Virus record (IMG/VR): IMGVR_UViG_3300025112_006940
Location: 12,547-76,546 of that record
Strand: one strand, 5' to 3'
Source of the DNA: a virus
Length of the DNA: 64,000 bases
Made by a program: the position numbers and the translations under genes. The notes below the pieces were generated by a model. That model saw only the letters and a program-made list of their open reading frames with translations. It made no database searches and had not been told where the DNA came from. Shown in pieces: positions 39,456 through 49,720 of this stretch; position 1 is the stretch's first letter; every line of letters starts with the position of its first letter.

Positions 39456-39539
39456 TGAGAAATGAATATGAAATTAAATGAAGCTGTAAATGTTAAATAG
39501 TAGTTAAAAAATTGTCTTGAAAATTGAATGGAGGCGTAG

Positions 39540-40892
39540 TTGGATTTATCAGTAGAAAACGTAGAAAGAAATTTGCAATATAATAATGCTTCAGAACGAG
39601 ATATTATAAAGCAATTTTTTACAAACCCACAAGAAATAGATAGAAAAAAGAAAACATTTGTATTTAGCACACCATCAGAAACTGGCACAAGTTTTTTTAG
39701 ATTATTTGAGCCAATGAGAGTGATGTGGAAGCATTTCAGAGATGAAGCTAATTTTGTGTATACAGAAGGTATTCAGCCAAATCATTTAAAATTAGCAGAT
39801 GGTATTATAATGCATAGGGCTGGTAATTTACATTCACACTTTTTATCAGCTGTTGAAATGTGGCCAAAGACAGAAGTTAAACCTTTCATTATTCATGATG
39901 TTGATGATAATGAGTTCAATCTCCCTAGGGCTCATCCAATGAGGGATATTTGGTATATTTCTGGCAAAGATAAAATGTCAATACAATCGTTAAAACAATC
40001 TGATCTTATAATGACAACAACAGAAAAGCTTAAAAAAACATTTAAGCCAATGAATAAAAAGGGTAATGTTCATATATTCAGAAATGCATTTGATTGGGAA
40101 TTACCACAATGGAATCTTGATAAAAATGAAGTAAGAAAGGAAATGATTCCAGAGTGGGGAGAAGATAAAATTGTAATTGGGTGGGCTGGTTTAACATCTC
40201 ATTATGAAGATATAAAAAGAATGCATGCCGTACTTAAAAAAATACATGATAAATATCCTGAGACTGTTTTTATATTAGCTGGAATGGCCTTGAAAGATTC
40301 ATCAATTGAAATTAGATATGATGATGATGGTAAGCCATTATTTAAAGAGCAAGAAATTGAAGATGAAAGCATGCTCTATAAAAATAGAGTAAAATCATTA
40401 TACGCAGATTTTGATGAAAGCAGATTGAAAATTTTTGATGCTAAACCATTAGAAGAATATGGAAAGTTTTATGCATTATTCGATATATCATTAGCATATA
40501 TTGAACGTAATGCATTCAATTCATGTAAGTCAGAAATTAAAGTAATTGAAAGTTTACATTATGATGCCCCAACAGTTTTTAGTAATTATGGTGGATATAA
40601 GGATTTTTGGGATTCAGTGCCTGGAAATATAAAGAAAAGTGAGTCTGGGAACAGGCTGCCATTTGCGATAGATTCAATGATGCCAAAAAAATGGATTGAG
40701 GCCTTATCCTTTTGGGTAGATGCAATAAAAACAAATAGCCCAGACTTAAAAAAAGTAAAAGAGCTTGCTGAATTTTCAGATAACAAATATGATCTTAATC
40801 AAACTGCAGAAGAAAGGTTATTTTTCTTAATAGAAGAGTCAGAAAAACATGAAGAAAATGAAATTAATAAAATAGCTAGAAATTATAAATAG
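39540..40892 (+). CDS. Glycosyltransferase (GT-B/GT4-like)
   Basis: FRLFEP, HDVDD, RNAFD, IGWAG..SH.ED, FN.CKSEIKVIE. Confidence 0.82.
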   Translation: MDLSVENVERNLQYNNASERDIIKQFFTNPQEIDRKKKTFVFSTPSETGTSFFRLFEPMRVMWKHFRDEANFVYTEGIQPNHLKLADGIIMHRAGNLHSHFLSAVEMWPKTEVKPFIIHDVDDNEFNLPRAHPMRDIWYISGKDKMSIQSLKQSDLIMTTTEKLKKTFKPMNKKGNVHIFRNAFDWELPQWNLDKNEVRKEMIPEWGEDKIVIGWAGLTSHYEDIKRMHAVLKKIHDKYPETVFILAGMALKDSSIEIRYDDDGKPLFKEQEIEDESMLYKNRVKSLYADFDESRLKIFDAKPLEEYGKFYALFDISLAYIERNAFNSCKSEIKVIESLHYDAPTVFSNYGGYKDFWDSVPGNIKKSESGNRLPFAIDSMMPKKWIEALSFWVDAIKTNSPDLKKVKELAEFSDNKYDLNQTAEERLFFLIEESEKHEENEINKIARNYK

Positions 40893-40904
40893 GAGAATTT
40901 CATA

Positions 40905-41195
40905 ATGGCTTCATTGAGAGTTTGGGGAGATGATTATAACATAAGAGAAGAAGGTATTTTTGCTAAGTTTCCAGCAAATCAAAAATATCAACTTTTAGAT
41001 CTTGGTGTTAATGAAACTATTGTTGTTTTACCATTTAACATAGGCTTTCAAAATGAAAATTATTTATTTGAAGTTTTTGGTGATGTAGTTAGCAACTCAT
41101 TTTTAAAAAATGTATATTACATAGCAGTTGGTCATAGAAATGATAGTGAAATAATTGGTATAATTGAACAATTATCGGAGAAGTCGTTTGAATAA
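40905..41195 (+). CDS. Hypothetical protein
   Basis: AGGAG SD. Confidence 0.55.
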   Translation: MASLRVWGDDYNIREEGIFAKFPANQKYQLLDLGVNETIVVLPFNIGFQNENYLFEVFGDVVSNSFLKNVYYIAVGHRNDSEIIGIIEQLSEKSFE

Positions 41196-41499
41196 AAATG
41201 CATTAAAGGAAGTAATAAAAGATATTGTTAATTCCTATTTAAATGAAATAGATGTTATTGAAGAAGCTAAGCGAAGAAAAGTAGTTGTAAGAGGGGGTAA
41301 AAGAAAAAGAAAATTAACTTCTGATCCTGGACAAAAAATTGTTGGCGGCAAAGCAGTTAGAATGGGATCTGCTGAAAGAGTTAAACGTAAAAGAGGTGCT
41401 AGAAAAGCTGCATTCAAAAGAAAGCCAAAGGCTGCAAGAATTCAAAAGAAAAGAAAAAAATCAATGAAAAAAAGACATACATTTGGTTTAGATAGGTAA
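41188..41499 (+). CDS. Basic prohead-core protein, T4 gp68-like
   Basis: Lys/Arg-rich; C-terminus KRKKSMKKRHTFGL resembles the recalled T4 gp68 C-terminus; acidic leader ending LNE. Confidence 0.6.
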   Translation: MNKNALKEVIKDIVNSYLNEIDVIEEAKRRKVVVRGGKRKRKLTSDPGQKIVGGKAVRMGSAERVKRKRGARKAAFKRKPKAARIQKKRKKSMKKRHTFGLDR

Positions 41500-41505
41500 A
41501 TAAAA

Positions 41506-41661
41506 ATGATACTTTGTAAAGTTTGTAAGGGTGAAAAAATATTAAGAGATGGCATGAATAACTTTAGATCTTGTCCTGTTTGTAAAGGCAAGGGTTCAAT
41601 CAGTGAAGTTGATAATGAAAATATTCAATCTTACGCAAAAAAACAATTGCTTAAAGGTTAA
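41506..41661 (+). CDS. Small DnaJ-type zinc-finger protein
   Basis: CKVCKGEK...CPVCKGKG (not in ORF track, 51 aa). Confidence 0.6.
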   Translation: MILCKVCKGEKILRDGMNNFRSCPVCKGKGSISEVDNENIQSYAKKQLLKG

Positions 41662-41698
41662 TTAAGTTATAACATTTATTAATAAACAAAGTAAATGC

Positions 41699-41790
41699 GG
41701 AGGGGCTGGCCATTGGTGAGGTCGGGCAGATTGCTAATCTGTTAGTCATAGAAATATGGCTTGTGAGTTCGAATCTCACCCCCTCCGCCA
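41699..41790 (+). tRNA. tRNA-Ser(GCT)
   Basis: GGAGGGG/CCCCTCC, GCAGA-TT-GCT-AA-TCTGT, long variable arm, G73, CCA. Confidence 0.92.
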
Positions 41791-41845
41791 TTTTTTTTAT
41801 ATAGTCAAGTCAAGTTTTAATTACACAAAAAGAAAGGAGACATAC

Positions 41846-43828
41846 ATGAATTTAAATAAGCTTTCTAATCTTGAGAAGGAAAGATATGATCAAGAACATT
41901 GGGAAGGTTCATTTGAACAATATTCAAATAAGTTAAAAAAAAATCCTGGCATTTGTAGAAATGCTTTTGCAAGATTACATGATGCTATTTTGTATCATGG
42001 ATCAAAAGAATATGTTCATCTTAAAGAAAAAATTGTTCATTATAATTTCTTTGATGATCCATTTGATAATGGCCTTGATGCTATTGAAGGTTTAGATGAA
42101 TCATTAATGACATTAGTAAGATTGTTAGAATCTGCAGCTAAAGGTTATGGCCCAGATAAAAGAATCATTTTGCTACATGGCCCAGTTGGTTCTTCAAAAT
42201 CTACTATTGCAAGATTGCTTAAAAAAGGTTTAGAGTTTTATACAAAACTTCCTGAAGGTGAAATTTATACTCATGAATGGCATATTAATGATGAAGTTAT
42301 TGAATGCCCAATGCATGAAGAACCATTTAAAATTATTCCTATTAAGTACAGAAAAGAACTTGGTATTTCAAATGTTGAAGGTAATTTATGTCCATTATGT
42401 AGACTTCATTATAAAGACTTAATGAATAAATATGACGGTGATCTTAATAAAGTTCTAGAACATGTTAAAGTAAAAAGATTTACATTTTCAGAAGATGATC
42501 GTCTTGGAGTTACAACATTTCAACCTAAGGATGAAAAGAATCAAGATTCAACAGAATTGACTGGTGATATTGATTATAGAAAAATTGCTGAATACGGAAA
42601 AGATTCAGATCCAAGAGCATTCAATTTTGATGGTGAACTTAATTGTGCTAATCGTGGCCTTATTGAAATGATTGAAATTTTGAAGCTTGATACAGCTTTC
42701 TTATATGATTTATTGACAGCATCTCAAGAACATAAAATTAAACCTAAAAAATTCGCACATGTAGATATTGATGAGGTTATTATTGGTCATACAAATGAAC
42801 CTGAATTTCTTAAGCTTCAAAAAGATCCTATGCAAGAAGCATTACGAGATAGGATTGTACGAGTAAATATTCCATACGTTCTTTCATTAGACGAAGAAAT
42901 TAAAATTTATGAAAAAAGTTTTAGCAAAGATAAGGTTGATAAAGATATAGCCCCACATACAATTGAAATTGCAGCTATTTGGGCAATTTTAACAAGGCTT
43001 GAAGCACCTGATGGTGGTCAACTTACATTGATGCAAAAAATGAAACTATATAATGGAAAGAGATTACCTGGATTTAATGATGATAATATTAGAGAGCTTA
43101 AAGAAAAGGCTGAACGTGAAGGAATGGAAGGAATTTCTCCAAGATATGTTCAAGATAGGCTTTCAAGCGCAATAGTAAATACTGAAAAATCTAATGTTAA
43201 TCCATTCATGATTTTAAATGAACTTGATGATGGATTAGATTCATATTCTCTAGTAAGTTCTAAAGATGTAATAAAAGGATACAGAGATTTGTTAGAAGAA
43301 GTTAAGACAGAATATGAAGATATCATTAAAAACGAGGTTCAACGAGCAATTGCTGCTGATGATTCAACACTGGCTAGATTATGTGGAAACTATATTGATA
43401 ATGTTAAAGCATATACAAGTGCTGAAAAGGTAAGAAACCCTATAACTGGAAAGGATGATCCACCTGATGAAAGATTGATGAGATCTATCGAAGAAAAGAT
43501 TGATATTCCAGAAGATAGAAAAGATGATTTTAGGCAGCAAATGATGAATTATATTGGTGGTTTGGCAGTTGAAGGAAAAACCTTCGACTTTAAATCTAAT
43601 GACCGTTTGCTCAAAGCTCTTGAGTTAAAATTATTTGATGATCAAAAAGATACAATTAAACTTCATACAATTTCACATGGCGTTATGGATGATGATACTC
43701 AAGAAAAAATTGAAGTTGTAAAAAGCAGATTAATGAATGATTTTGGTTATGATGAACAATCTGCACAAGATATTTTAGAATATGTTGCTTCAATTTATGC
43801 AAGATCAGACGCCAAAGACGAGAATTAA
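41846..43828 (+). CDS. prkA: PrkA/YeaG AAA+ serine kinase
   Basis: [59 protein letters not shown]; AGGAG SD before ATG at 41846. Confidence 0.93.
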   Translation: MNLNKLSNLEKERYDQEHWEGSFEQYSNKLKKNPGICRNAFARLHDAILYHGSKEYVHLKEKIVHYNFFDDPFDNGLDAIEGLDESLMTLVRLLESAAKGYGPDKRIILLHGPVGSSKSTIARLLKKGLEFYTKLPEGEIYTHEWHINDEVIECPMHEEPFKIIPIKYRKELGISNVEGNLCPLCRLHYKDLMNKYDGDLNKVLEHVKVKRFTFSEDDRLGVTTFQPKDEKNQDSTELTGDIDYRKIAEYGKDSDPRAFNFDGELNCANRGLIEMIEILKLDTAFLYDLLTASQEHKIKPKKFAHVDIDEVIIGHTNEPEFLKLQKDPMQEALRDRIVRVNIPYVLSLDEEIKIYEKSFSKDKVDKDIAPHTIEIAAIWAILTRLEAPDGGQLTLMQKMKLYNGKRLPGFNDDNIRELKEKAEREGMEGISPRYVQDRLSSAIVNTEKSNVNPFMILNELDDGLDSYSLVSSKDVIKGYRDLLEEVKTEYEDIIKNEVQRAIAADDSTLARLCGNYIDNVKAYTSAEKVRNPITGKDDPPDERLMRSIEEKIDIPEDRKDDFRQQMMNYIGGLAVEGKTFDFKSNDRLLKALELKLFDDQKDTIKLHTISHGVMDDDTQEKIEVVKSRLMNDFGYDEQSAQDILEYVASIYARSDAKDEN

Positions 43829-43832
43829 AAAT

Positions 43833-44924
43833 ATGGCAACTGTTAAAAGCGATAGGGCTAGATTTCAAGAGAAGCTTAAGTACAATGTTAAAAAAAATCT
43901 AAAAAATGTTATCAATGGTGAATTTCAATCTATCAAGGGGGGCAAGCTTATTAAGGTCCCCGTTGATTCAATTCATATGCCACGAATTAGATATGATACA
44001 GCTAACGAGGGTGGCGTTGGACGAGGAGATGGAGAAGCTGGTGATATAATAGGTACTGAAAAAGGCGATGGATCTGACCAAGGTACTGAAGGTGGTAATC
44101 AAGCAGGAAGGCATTCTCATTATGCTGAATTAGATTTAGATGAATTAGCAGAAATTTTAGGCGAAGAATTAGAATTACCTAAAATTTTACCAAAGGGGCA
44201 TAGAACATTATTTGGTGAAAAAGACAAATATAATTCTATAGCTCAAAATGGTCCTGATTCACTGAAGCATAAAAAAAGGACATTGAAAAAGGCTATTCTT
44301 AGAGGTAGACCAAAACATATACCTTATAATAATGATTTTGAATATAAATCATTTACAAGAAAACCTTCACCAATGAATAATGCTGTAATATTTTATATGC
44401 AAGATGTATCTTCTTCAATGAGTAGAGATCAACTAGAAATAGTTAGAATAGTGTGTTTTTGGATAGAAACTTGGCTTAAAAAACAATATGATAATGTAGA
44501 TCAAAGATATATTTTGCATGATACAATTGCTGGAGAAGTAACAAGAGATGATTTTTATAGATATGATCCAAGTGGTGGCACATCTATTTCAACTGCATTT
44601 AACAAAATGAATGAAATAATAAAGAAGTCTTATCCAGTTGATGATTGGAATATTTATCCATTTTATTTTGGCGATGGAATGAATTGGACGCAAGATACAA
44701 AAACAGCTATAGATATTATAAAAAACGATTTGCTGCCTATTTCTAATCAATTAAGCATAGGTATGATAGAACCTGATTGGATGGGAATGGGTTCATTTGG
44801 TAAAGATTTGCTAGATTCATTAAATGGAACTGATGATTTGATAGATAAGGTTGTAATTGATACAATTAAAAATAGAGATGATTGTTTTAACGCTATTAAG
44901 ACTTTCTTATCTAAAGGAAATTAA
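43833..44924 (+). CDS. yeaH: YeaH/YhbH (DUF444) vWA protein
   Basis: GVGRGDGEAGD, LELP...KG, MQDVSSSM (MIDAS), SGGT, WNIYPFYFGDG. Confidence 0.9.
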   Translation: MATVKSDRARFQEKLKYNVKKNLKNVINGEFQSIKGGKLIKVPVDSIHMPRIRYDTANEGGVGRGDGEAGDIIGTEKGDGSDQGTEGGNQAGRHSHYAELDLDELAEILGEELELPKILPKGHRTLFGEKDKYNSIAQNGPDSLKHKKRTLKKAILRGRPKHIPYNNDFEYKSFTRKPSPMNNAVIFYMQDVSSSMSRDQLEIVRIVCFWIETWLKKQYDNVDQRYILHDTIAGEVTRDDFYRYDPSGGTSISTAFNKMNEIIKKSYPVDDWNIYPFYFGDGMNWTQDTKTAIDIIKNDLLPISNQLSIGMIEPDWMGMGSFGKDLLDSLNGTDDLIDKVVIDTIKNRDDCFNAIKTFLSKGN

Positions 44925-44927
44925 CAA

Positions 44928-46511
44928 ATGAAAGATAAATTCAATTTAGTTAAAAGTTTTCCTGCTGAGCTAAAAGAATGGAAATACAAAATTGAAAAAA
45001 TTGCAGAAGAAGAGGGATTAACATATTTTGATATAATTTTTGAAATGGTAGATTGGGATGCATTATATCAAATTGCTGCAAGAGGAGGTTTTCCCGAAAG
45101 ATTTCCACATTGGACATTTGGGCAAGAATATGACCATATGTATAAGCAACATAAATTTGGTGTAATGAGAATCTCAGAAATGGTTATTAATACAGATCCA
45201 GTTTATGCATATTTAATGACCAGCAATGATTTGATAGATCAGAAAATGGTTATTGCACATGTATATGGTCATGCTGATTTTTTCAAAAATAATATGTGGT
45301 TTAATAAGACAGATAGAAAAATGCTAAGTACTATGGGAAATCATTCAAAAATTATCAAAAGGTATATTGATAAATATGGCGCACAAGAAGTTGAAGATTT
45401 TATTGATATATGCTTTAGTATTGATACATTAATTGATAGGCATTCTATATTCATAAATAGGGATTTGAATGAAAAAGATGGAAAAATAATTGATAATAAA
45501 AAAGAAGATGGCGATGATGATGGTGCCTTAATTTTTGATGTAGATCCTGAAAGATTTTATATGAATGATTTTCTTAATCCTACAAAAAAATTAGATAAGG
45601 AAAGGGAAGATCATAAAAAGAAAATTAAAGAAGAAGAGGAATCAGATAAGGATTTACCTGAAAAAGATTTGCTTAAATTTCTTATAAAAAGGGCTCCATT
45701 AAAACCATGGCAAAAACATATCTTATCATTGATTAGAGAGGAAGCTTATTATTTTGCACCTCAAGGCATGACTAAAATAATGAATGAAGGATGGGCATCT
45801 TATTGGCATTCACATATTTTATCTAAAAGACAAATTTGTGATGATTCTGAAATAGTTCAATTTGCTACTCATCATGCTGGAACAATGGGTAGTTCTGGAA
45901 ATCTTAATCCGTATAAACTTGGCTTGGAAATATTTTTAGATATTGAAGAGCGTTGGAATAAAGGTAGATTTGGAAAAGAATGGGAAGAATGTGATGATTT
46001 AGATACAAAGGAAAATTGGGATAAAGAACTTGGTTTAGGCAGAGAAAAAATATTTGAAGTAAGAAAATTGTATAGTGATATTGGTTTTATAGATGAATTT
46101 TTTACAAAAGAATTATGCGAAAAATTGAAGCTATTTAATTATGATAAAAGAGAAGTTTCAGAATATGGTAATAGCAAGTCAGATAAAATTTTAGTTTTAA
46201 CTGATAGGGAATTTGATAAAATAAAGCAGCGATTATTATTTAGTTTATCAAATCATGGTTTGCCAGCATTATCTATTACGAATGCAGATGCAGAAGGAAG
46301 AGGAATGTTATTACTTGAACATTCAACTGATACTGACTATATTTTTAATGTAGATGATGCTAAATTAGTTTGTAAGAATATTAGAAGGCTTTGGAAAAAG
46401 CCGGTTAAAATAGAATTGGTTAATTCAAAAGAAAAGTATATTTATAATAATTCTGGCGGTGATACAGCTATGACTACTGGATCATTGAGTAATAGTTCTA
46501 TTGTTCCATAG
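44928..46511 (+). CDS. spoVR: SpoVR/YcgB family protein
   Basis: GFP.RFPHWTFG, EMVINTDP, AHVYGHADFFKNN, TKIMNEGWASYWH, LNPYKLG. Confidence 0.93.
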   Translation: MKDKFNLVKSFPAELKEWKYKIEKIAEEEGLTYFDIIFEMVDWDALYQIAARGGFPERFPHWTFGQEYDHMYKQHKFGVMRISEMVINTDPVYAYLMTSNDLIDQKMVIAHVYGHADFFKNNMWFNKTDRKMLSTMGNHSKIIKRYIDKYGAQEVEDFIDICFSIDTLIDRHSIFINRDLNEKDGKIIDNKKEDGDDDGALIFDVDPERFYMNDFLNPTKKLDKEREDHKKKIKEEEESDKDLPEKDLLKFLIKRAPLKPWQKHILSLIREEAYYFAPQGMTKIMNEGWASYWHSHILSKRQICDDSEIVQFATHHAGTMGSSGNLNPYKLGLEIFLDIEERWNKGRFGKEWEECDDLDTKENWDKELGLGREKIFEVRKLYSDIGFIDEFFTKELCEKLKLFNYDKREVSEYGNSKSDKILVLTDREFDKIKQRLLFSLSNHGLPALSITNADAEGRGMLLLEHSTDTDYIFNVDDAKLVCKNIRRLWKKPVKIELVNSKEKYIYNNSGGDTAMTTGSLSNSSIVP

Positions 46512-46524
46512 GATAATTTTAAAT

Positions 46525-46837
46525 GGGCCTGAAATGGATTCGACTACTGATGGTGTATAAAGAAGTGCATTCGAACAAAAAAGTAACTGACGAAACATAC
46601 GCACTCGCTGCATAGACAGCGCGGGATATTAATCATACTCCGATAAGATTAAAAATTATCTCGATAACGTATCGGAATATAGTAGATTCAAACATTGATT
46701 TGTAACATGTTAAATCAAATATGTTCTGTGGTTTGTCTATTGACTAAGAACATAAAATCTAAATAGGCCATGAATGTGGAAGACTTTTTTATATAGCTCG
46801 AGTAGGACGTGACTTTCGATGGTCACCAGGTCCACCA
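46525..46837 (+). ncRNA. ssrA: tmRNA
   Basis: GGGCCTGAAATGGATTCGAC 5' end; G3-U70 acceptor with CAGGTCCACCA; tag ORF DETYALAA* at 46589-46615. Confidence 0.92.
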
Positions 46838-47012
46838 TTTTTTAGAGATACAGGAAAGGTAATAAAGTTGTATATGTTGGAGATGAAAACCCAAGTGAAA
46901 AATTGCAAGGAAAAGAAGGTATAGTTTCTGGTAAAGCTGATCATCATCATGCATATGTTCAATGGGATGATGGTAAAATGATGATTCATAAAAATGATCT
47001 AGAGAAAATAAT

Positions 47013-47399
47013 ATGAAATTGAAACAAGCTTTAAATGAAGCTGGCGAAATACGTACAGATAAGTATAGAGCATATGTTATGACAGATGGAATGGGTGGAT
47101 CTCTTTCAATTGAACCAAATATAGAAAGAATTACAATTCCCAGTGAAGGATCTTCATTTGCAGATGCTAGAAAATTCATAGATCAATTTGGCGCTGAAAA
47201 TGCAGAAAAAATGATGGATGCTTATTACAAGAATATCGTTGACTTCAACGATAAGCAGCTAGAAGAAGTTAAGGTTCAAGTAGGAAAGGTTTTAGATGCA
47301 GCATCTATATTATTAGAAGGTATTGTTGCTAATGCAGCGGAAGATTATGGATCATTTATAAAAAATGATTTATTCAAAGCATTAGAGAAATTGCAATGA
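47013..47399 (+). CDS. Protein with MKLKQALNE leader
   Basis: Leader family; upstream AGAGAA. Confidence 0.65.
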   Translation: MKLKQALNEAGEIRTDKYRAYVMTDGMGGSLSIEPNIERITIPSEGSSFADARKFIDQFGAENAEKMMDAYYKNIVDFNDKQLEEVKVQVGKVLDAASILLEGIVANAAEDYGSFIKNDLFKALEKLQ

Positions 47400-48526
47400 T
47401 ATTTTTGACAGAAGCTGATTCATTTAAAGTTGTAAATGTAAGGCAATTAAAAAATAATGAGCTTAAAATAATAAAGGATTTTAAAGAATTTTTGAGTATT
47501 GTGTACAGCTATTATAGTGAAGAACAAACAGTAAAGACATATAAAAACTTTAAAAAAAATGTATCAAAATTTTATAAGTATGGTTTTTCAGGCCGCTTGC
47601 AGAAAATGATTGCAGAAATGGATAAGGAATTTGATAAAATAAACAAAGCTATGTTAGGTAAAAAACAAGCAAAATCTGGTTTCAGCAAAAAATTAGATTC
47701 TGCAATAAAGGCTTTTACATCTGGTTCAATTGATGCAGGTCATAAAGCTGCAAAATCATTACAATCGCAAATAAACATTATTATTAAGGCTAATAACAAG
47801 GATGATATAGTTTTCAGTAAGCAAAAAAATCCATTTAAAATAGATGACCCATTGTTTTTTCAATCTACAAACATGATTAGATCATTTAATAAGGATGATT
47901 TAGAAACATTATCATTAATAAATTTTTCTAAATTCAAATATACATATTTAGAGTTTCCAAAAGAAAAGTTAGATGATTTTCAATTTATCATTTATTTCAT
48001 TCAAAATTTAAAATCATCTAACGAACAAATTGCAATTTCACATGAACAATACAATAGGTGGACAGATTTTCTATATCAAGATCAAGATTATGATGAATTC
48101 AAAAAAATAGTTGAAACATATTTATATGATAATAACAAATCACTTGTTCCAAAAATATTAAAGCAATTAGAAAAATATCCAGAATTAAAAAAGACAAATG
48201 AGCAATTAAAGAAAAAAATTAAAAAGGCATTTAGGGGTATTGGATTTAGAGAAAGAACCGATCTTGATAAGGAAATGATTTTTAAAGATGAAAAGAAAAG
48301 AAAATTTGTTGCTACAAGTTTAACAAAAAGAGTTGCAATAAGATTTGCTGAAGAAAAGGGACACTTAGATAGAGATAGAAAAAGCAAAATAGGTATTATA
48401 ATTGAGTATGGCACAAATCCAAGATCTATAGTTTTAGATACAAGAATATTTGGTTCTGTATATGGTGAATCAGAAATATTAATAGATGTTGCAAAATCTA
48501 AAATTAATAATTGGGAAATAATATGA
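47396..48526 (+). CDS. Putative ADP-ribosyltransferase (R-S-E type)
   Basis: C-terminal AFRG...FVATSL...A.RFA...YGESEILI. Confidence 0.6.
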   Translation: MIFLTEADSFKVVNVRQLKNNELKIIKDFKEFLSIVYSYYSEEQTVKTYKNFKKNVSKFYKYGFSGRLQKMIAEMDKEFDKINKAMLGKKQAKSGFSKKLDSAIKAFTSGSIDAGHKAAKSLQSQINIIIKANNKDDIVFSKQKNPFKIDDPLFFQSTNMIRSFNKDDLETLSLINFSKFKYTYLEFPKEKLDDFQFIIYFIQNLKSSNEQIAISHEQYNRWTDFLYQDQDYDEFKKIVETYLYDNNKSLVPKILKQLEKYPELKKTNEQLKKKIKKAFRGIGFRERTDLDKEMIFKDEKKRKFVATSLTKRVAIRFAEEKGHLDRDRKSKIGIIIEYGTNPRSIVLDTRIFGSVYGESEILIDVAKSKINNWEII

Positions 48527-49104
48527 AATTAAAAGAAGTAGTTAATACTGGAAATATAAGAGATCTTGCGATTCAATATATTAAAGCTGTTAAACAGCAA
48601 GATAATGCTGAAGTTGATGAAGTCAAAGGTTTAATAACTTCAATGCTATTAGGGGTTGGATGGGAAAAACATATGACCATTCAATTTTTAGATCAGCTTG
48701 ATAATACAAATAATGAAAGAGATCTTATGTCGCTTTTTGCCCATTATCAAGTTTTTGATGATCCAAATATAAATGAAGAATCTCCAGCAGATCCAGTTAA
48801 TACATTTTCAGCTATAATTTCTATTCCTATTGTAGATAAAAAAAATGTTAAAGCTGATGTTGCTTCTTTACAAAATATGCTCAAAAGAAAAGGTATTAAA
48901 ATTCTTAATGCAAAGGCTAAACCGGTTGGTTCATTTAAAATAGATGCTGGTGGAGATGCCCCTGGTATGGAAGACAATCAAGCTGGTTCAGAAGTTTTTG
49001 ATATAGAGGTGCATATAAAATTTCAAACTAGAATGCAAAGAGATGATTTATATGATGTTATTGAGCCTGCATATGAATTAACTATTTTATCAGAAAAAGG
49101 ATAA
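48523..49104 (+). CDS. Protein with MKLKEVV leader
   Basis: Leader family. Confidence 0.6.
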   Translation: MKLKEVVNTGNIRDLAIQYIKAVKQQDNAEVDEVKGLITSMLLGVGWEKHMTIQFLDQLDNTNNERDLMSLFAHYQVFDDPNINEESPADPVNTFSAIISIPIVDKKNVKADVASLQNMLKRKGIKILNAKAKPVGSFKIDAGGDAPGMEDNQAGSEVFDIEVHIKFQTRMQRDDLYDVIEPAYELTILSEKG

Positions 49105-49107
49105 GTT

Positions 49108-49401
49108 ATGGTAAACAATAAAAAGGTTCATCAGCTATTTAAAAAAGCACGTGCCAATATGAATCTTCTTCAAATTACTTATAGGAAGAAAAACAAAAGA
49201 ATGGTAAGGAGATTAATTGAACCATATGAAATTAAGAAAATTTTAGCAATTGATGATTACGGCGGCCCAAGAAAGATTGAATATTTATTTGGGCATGATG
49301 TTTCGCCTAATTCAAGAAGAAGACATATAAGAAAATGGATAACAAGCAGTTTTATAAACATTGCAATTGTTCCTGAAAAAACATTTAAGCAGAGATATTA
49401 A
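49108..49401 (+). CDS. WYL-like small protein
   Basis: ITY......RLIEPY...YLFGHD....IRKW pattern. Confidence 0.55.
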   Translation: MVNNKKVHQLFKKARANMNLLQITYRKKNKRMVRRLIEPYEIKKILAIDDYGGPRKIEYLFGHDVSPNSRRRHIRKWITSSFINIAIVPEKTFKQRY

Positions 49402-49634
49402 TATGAAATTAAGAAGTATTGTTAAAGAGGCAAAAGAATTTACATATGAAGAAGAGGATGGTGGTAGATATTTTTAGGCGAAATATCTGATGATGAAAAA
49501 AAATAATAGATGGACGCATGATTATTCTAAAAAATCATTCAGAAGTAAAGACGATGCAGCAAAAGATCTTAATAAGCATGCAAGCGGTGGATAAATAGGG
49601 CAATATAAAAATACAAAATAAGCTGAAAATTAAG

Positions 49635-49663
49635 AAGAGTCCTTAAACGGACTCTTTTTTTTT
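49635..49663 (+). terminator. Rho-independent terminator
   Basis: AAGAGTCC-TTAAAC-GGACTCTT followed by a long T run. Confidence 0.85.
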
Positions 49664-49670
49664 GTGTGAT

Positions 49671-49678
49671 ATATTTAT
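49671..49678 (+). promoter_or_regulatory. Putative late promoter ATATTTAT
   Basis: Between terminator and terminase gene. Confidence 0.6.
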
Positions 49679-49720
49679 TATTGTATTATATACTACAAAA
49701 ATTTAGGAACTTATGCATAT

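Noticed and set aside
41756-41845. N-terminal extension of PrkA in the ORF track
   Set aside because: Overlaps tRNA-Ser; the SD-supported start is 41846
41699-46837. Bacterial chromosome or prophage boundary at tRNA-Ser/tmRNA
   Set aside because: Composition, strand and phage leader-family genes continue on both sides; no integrase or att duplication seen
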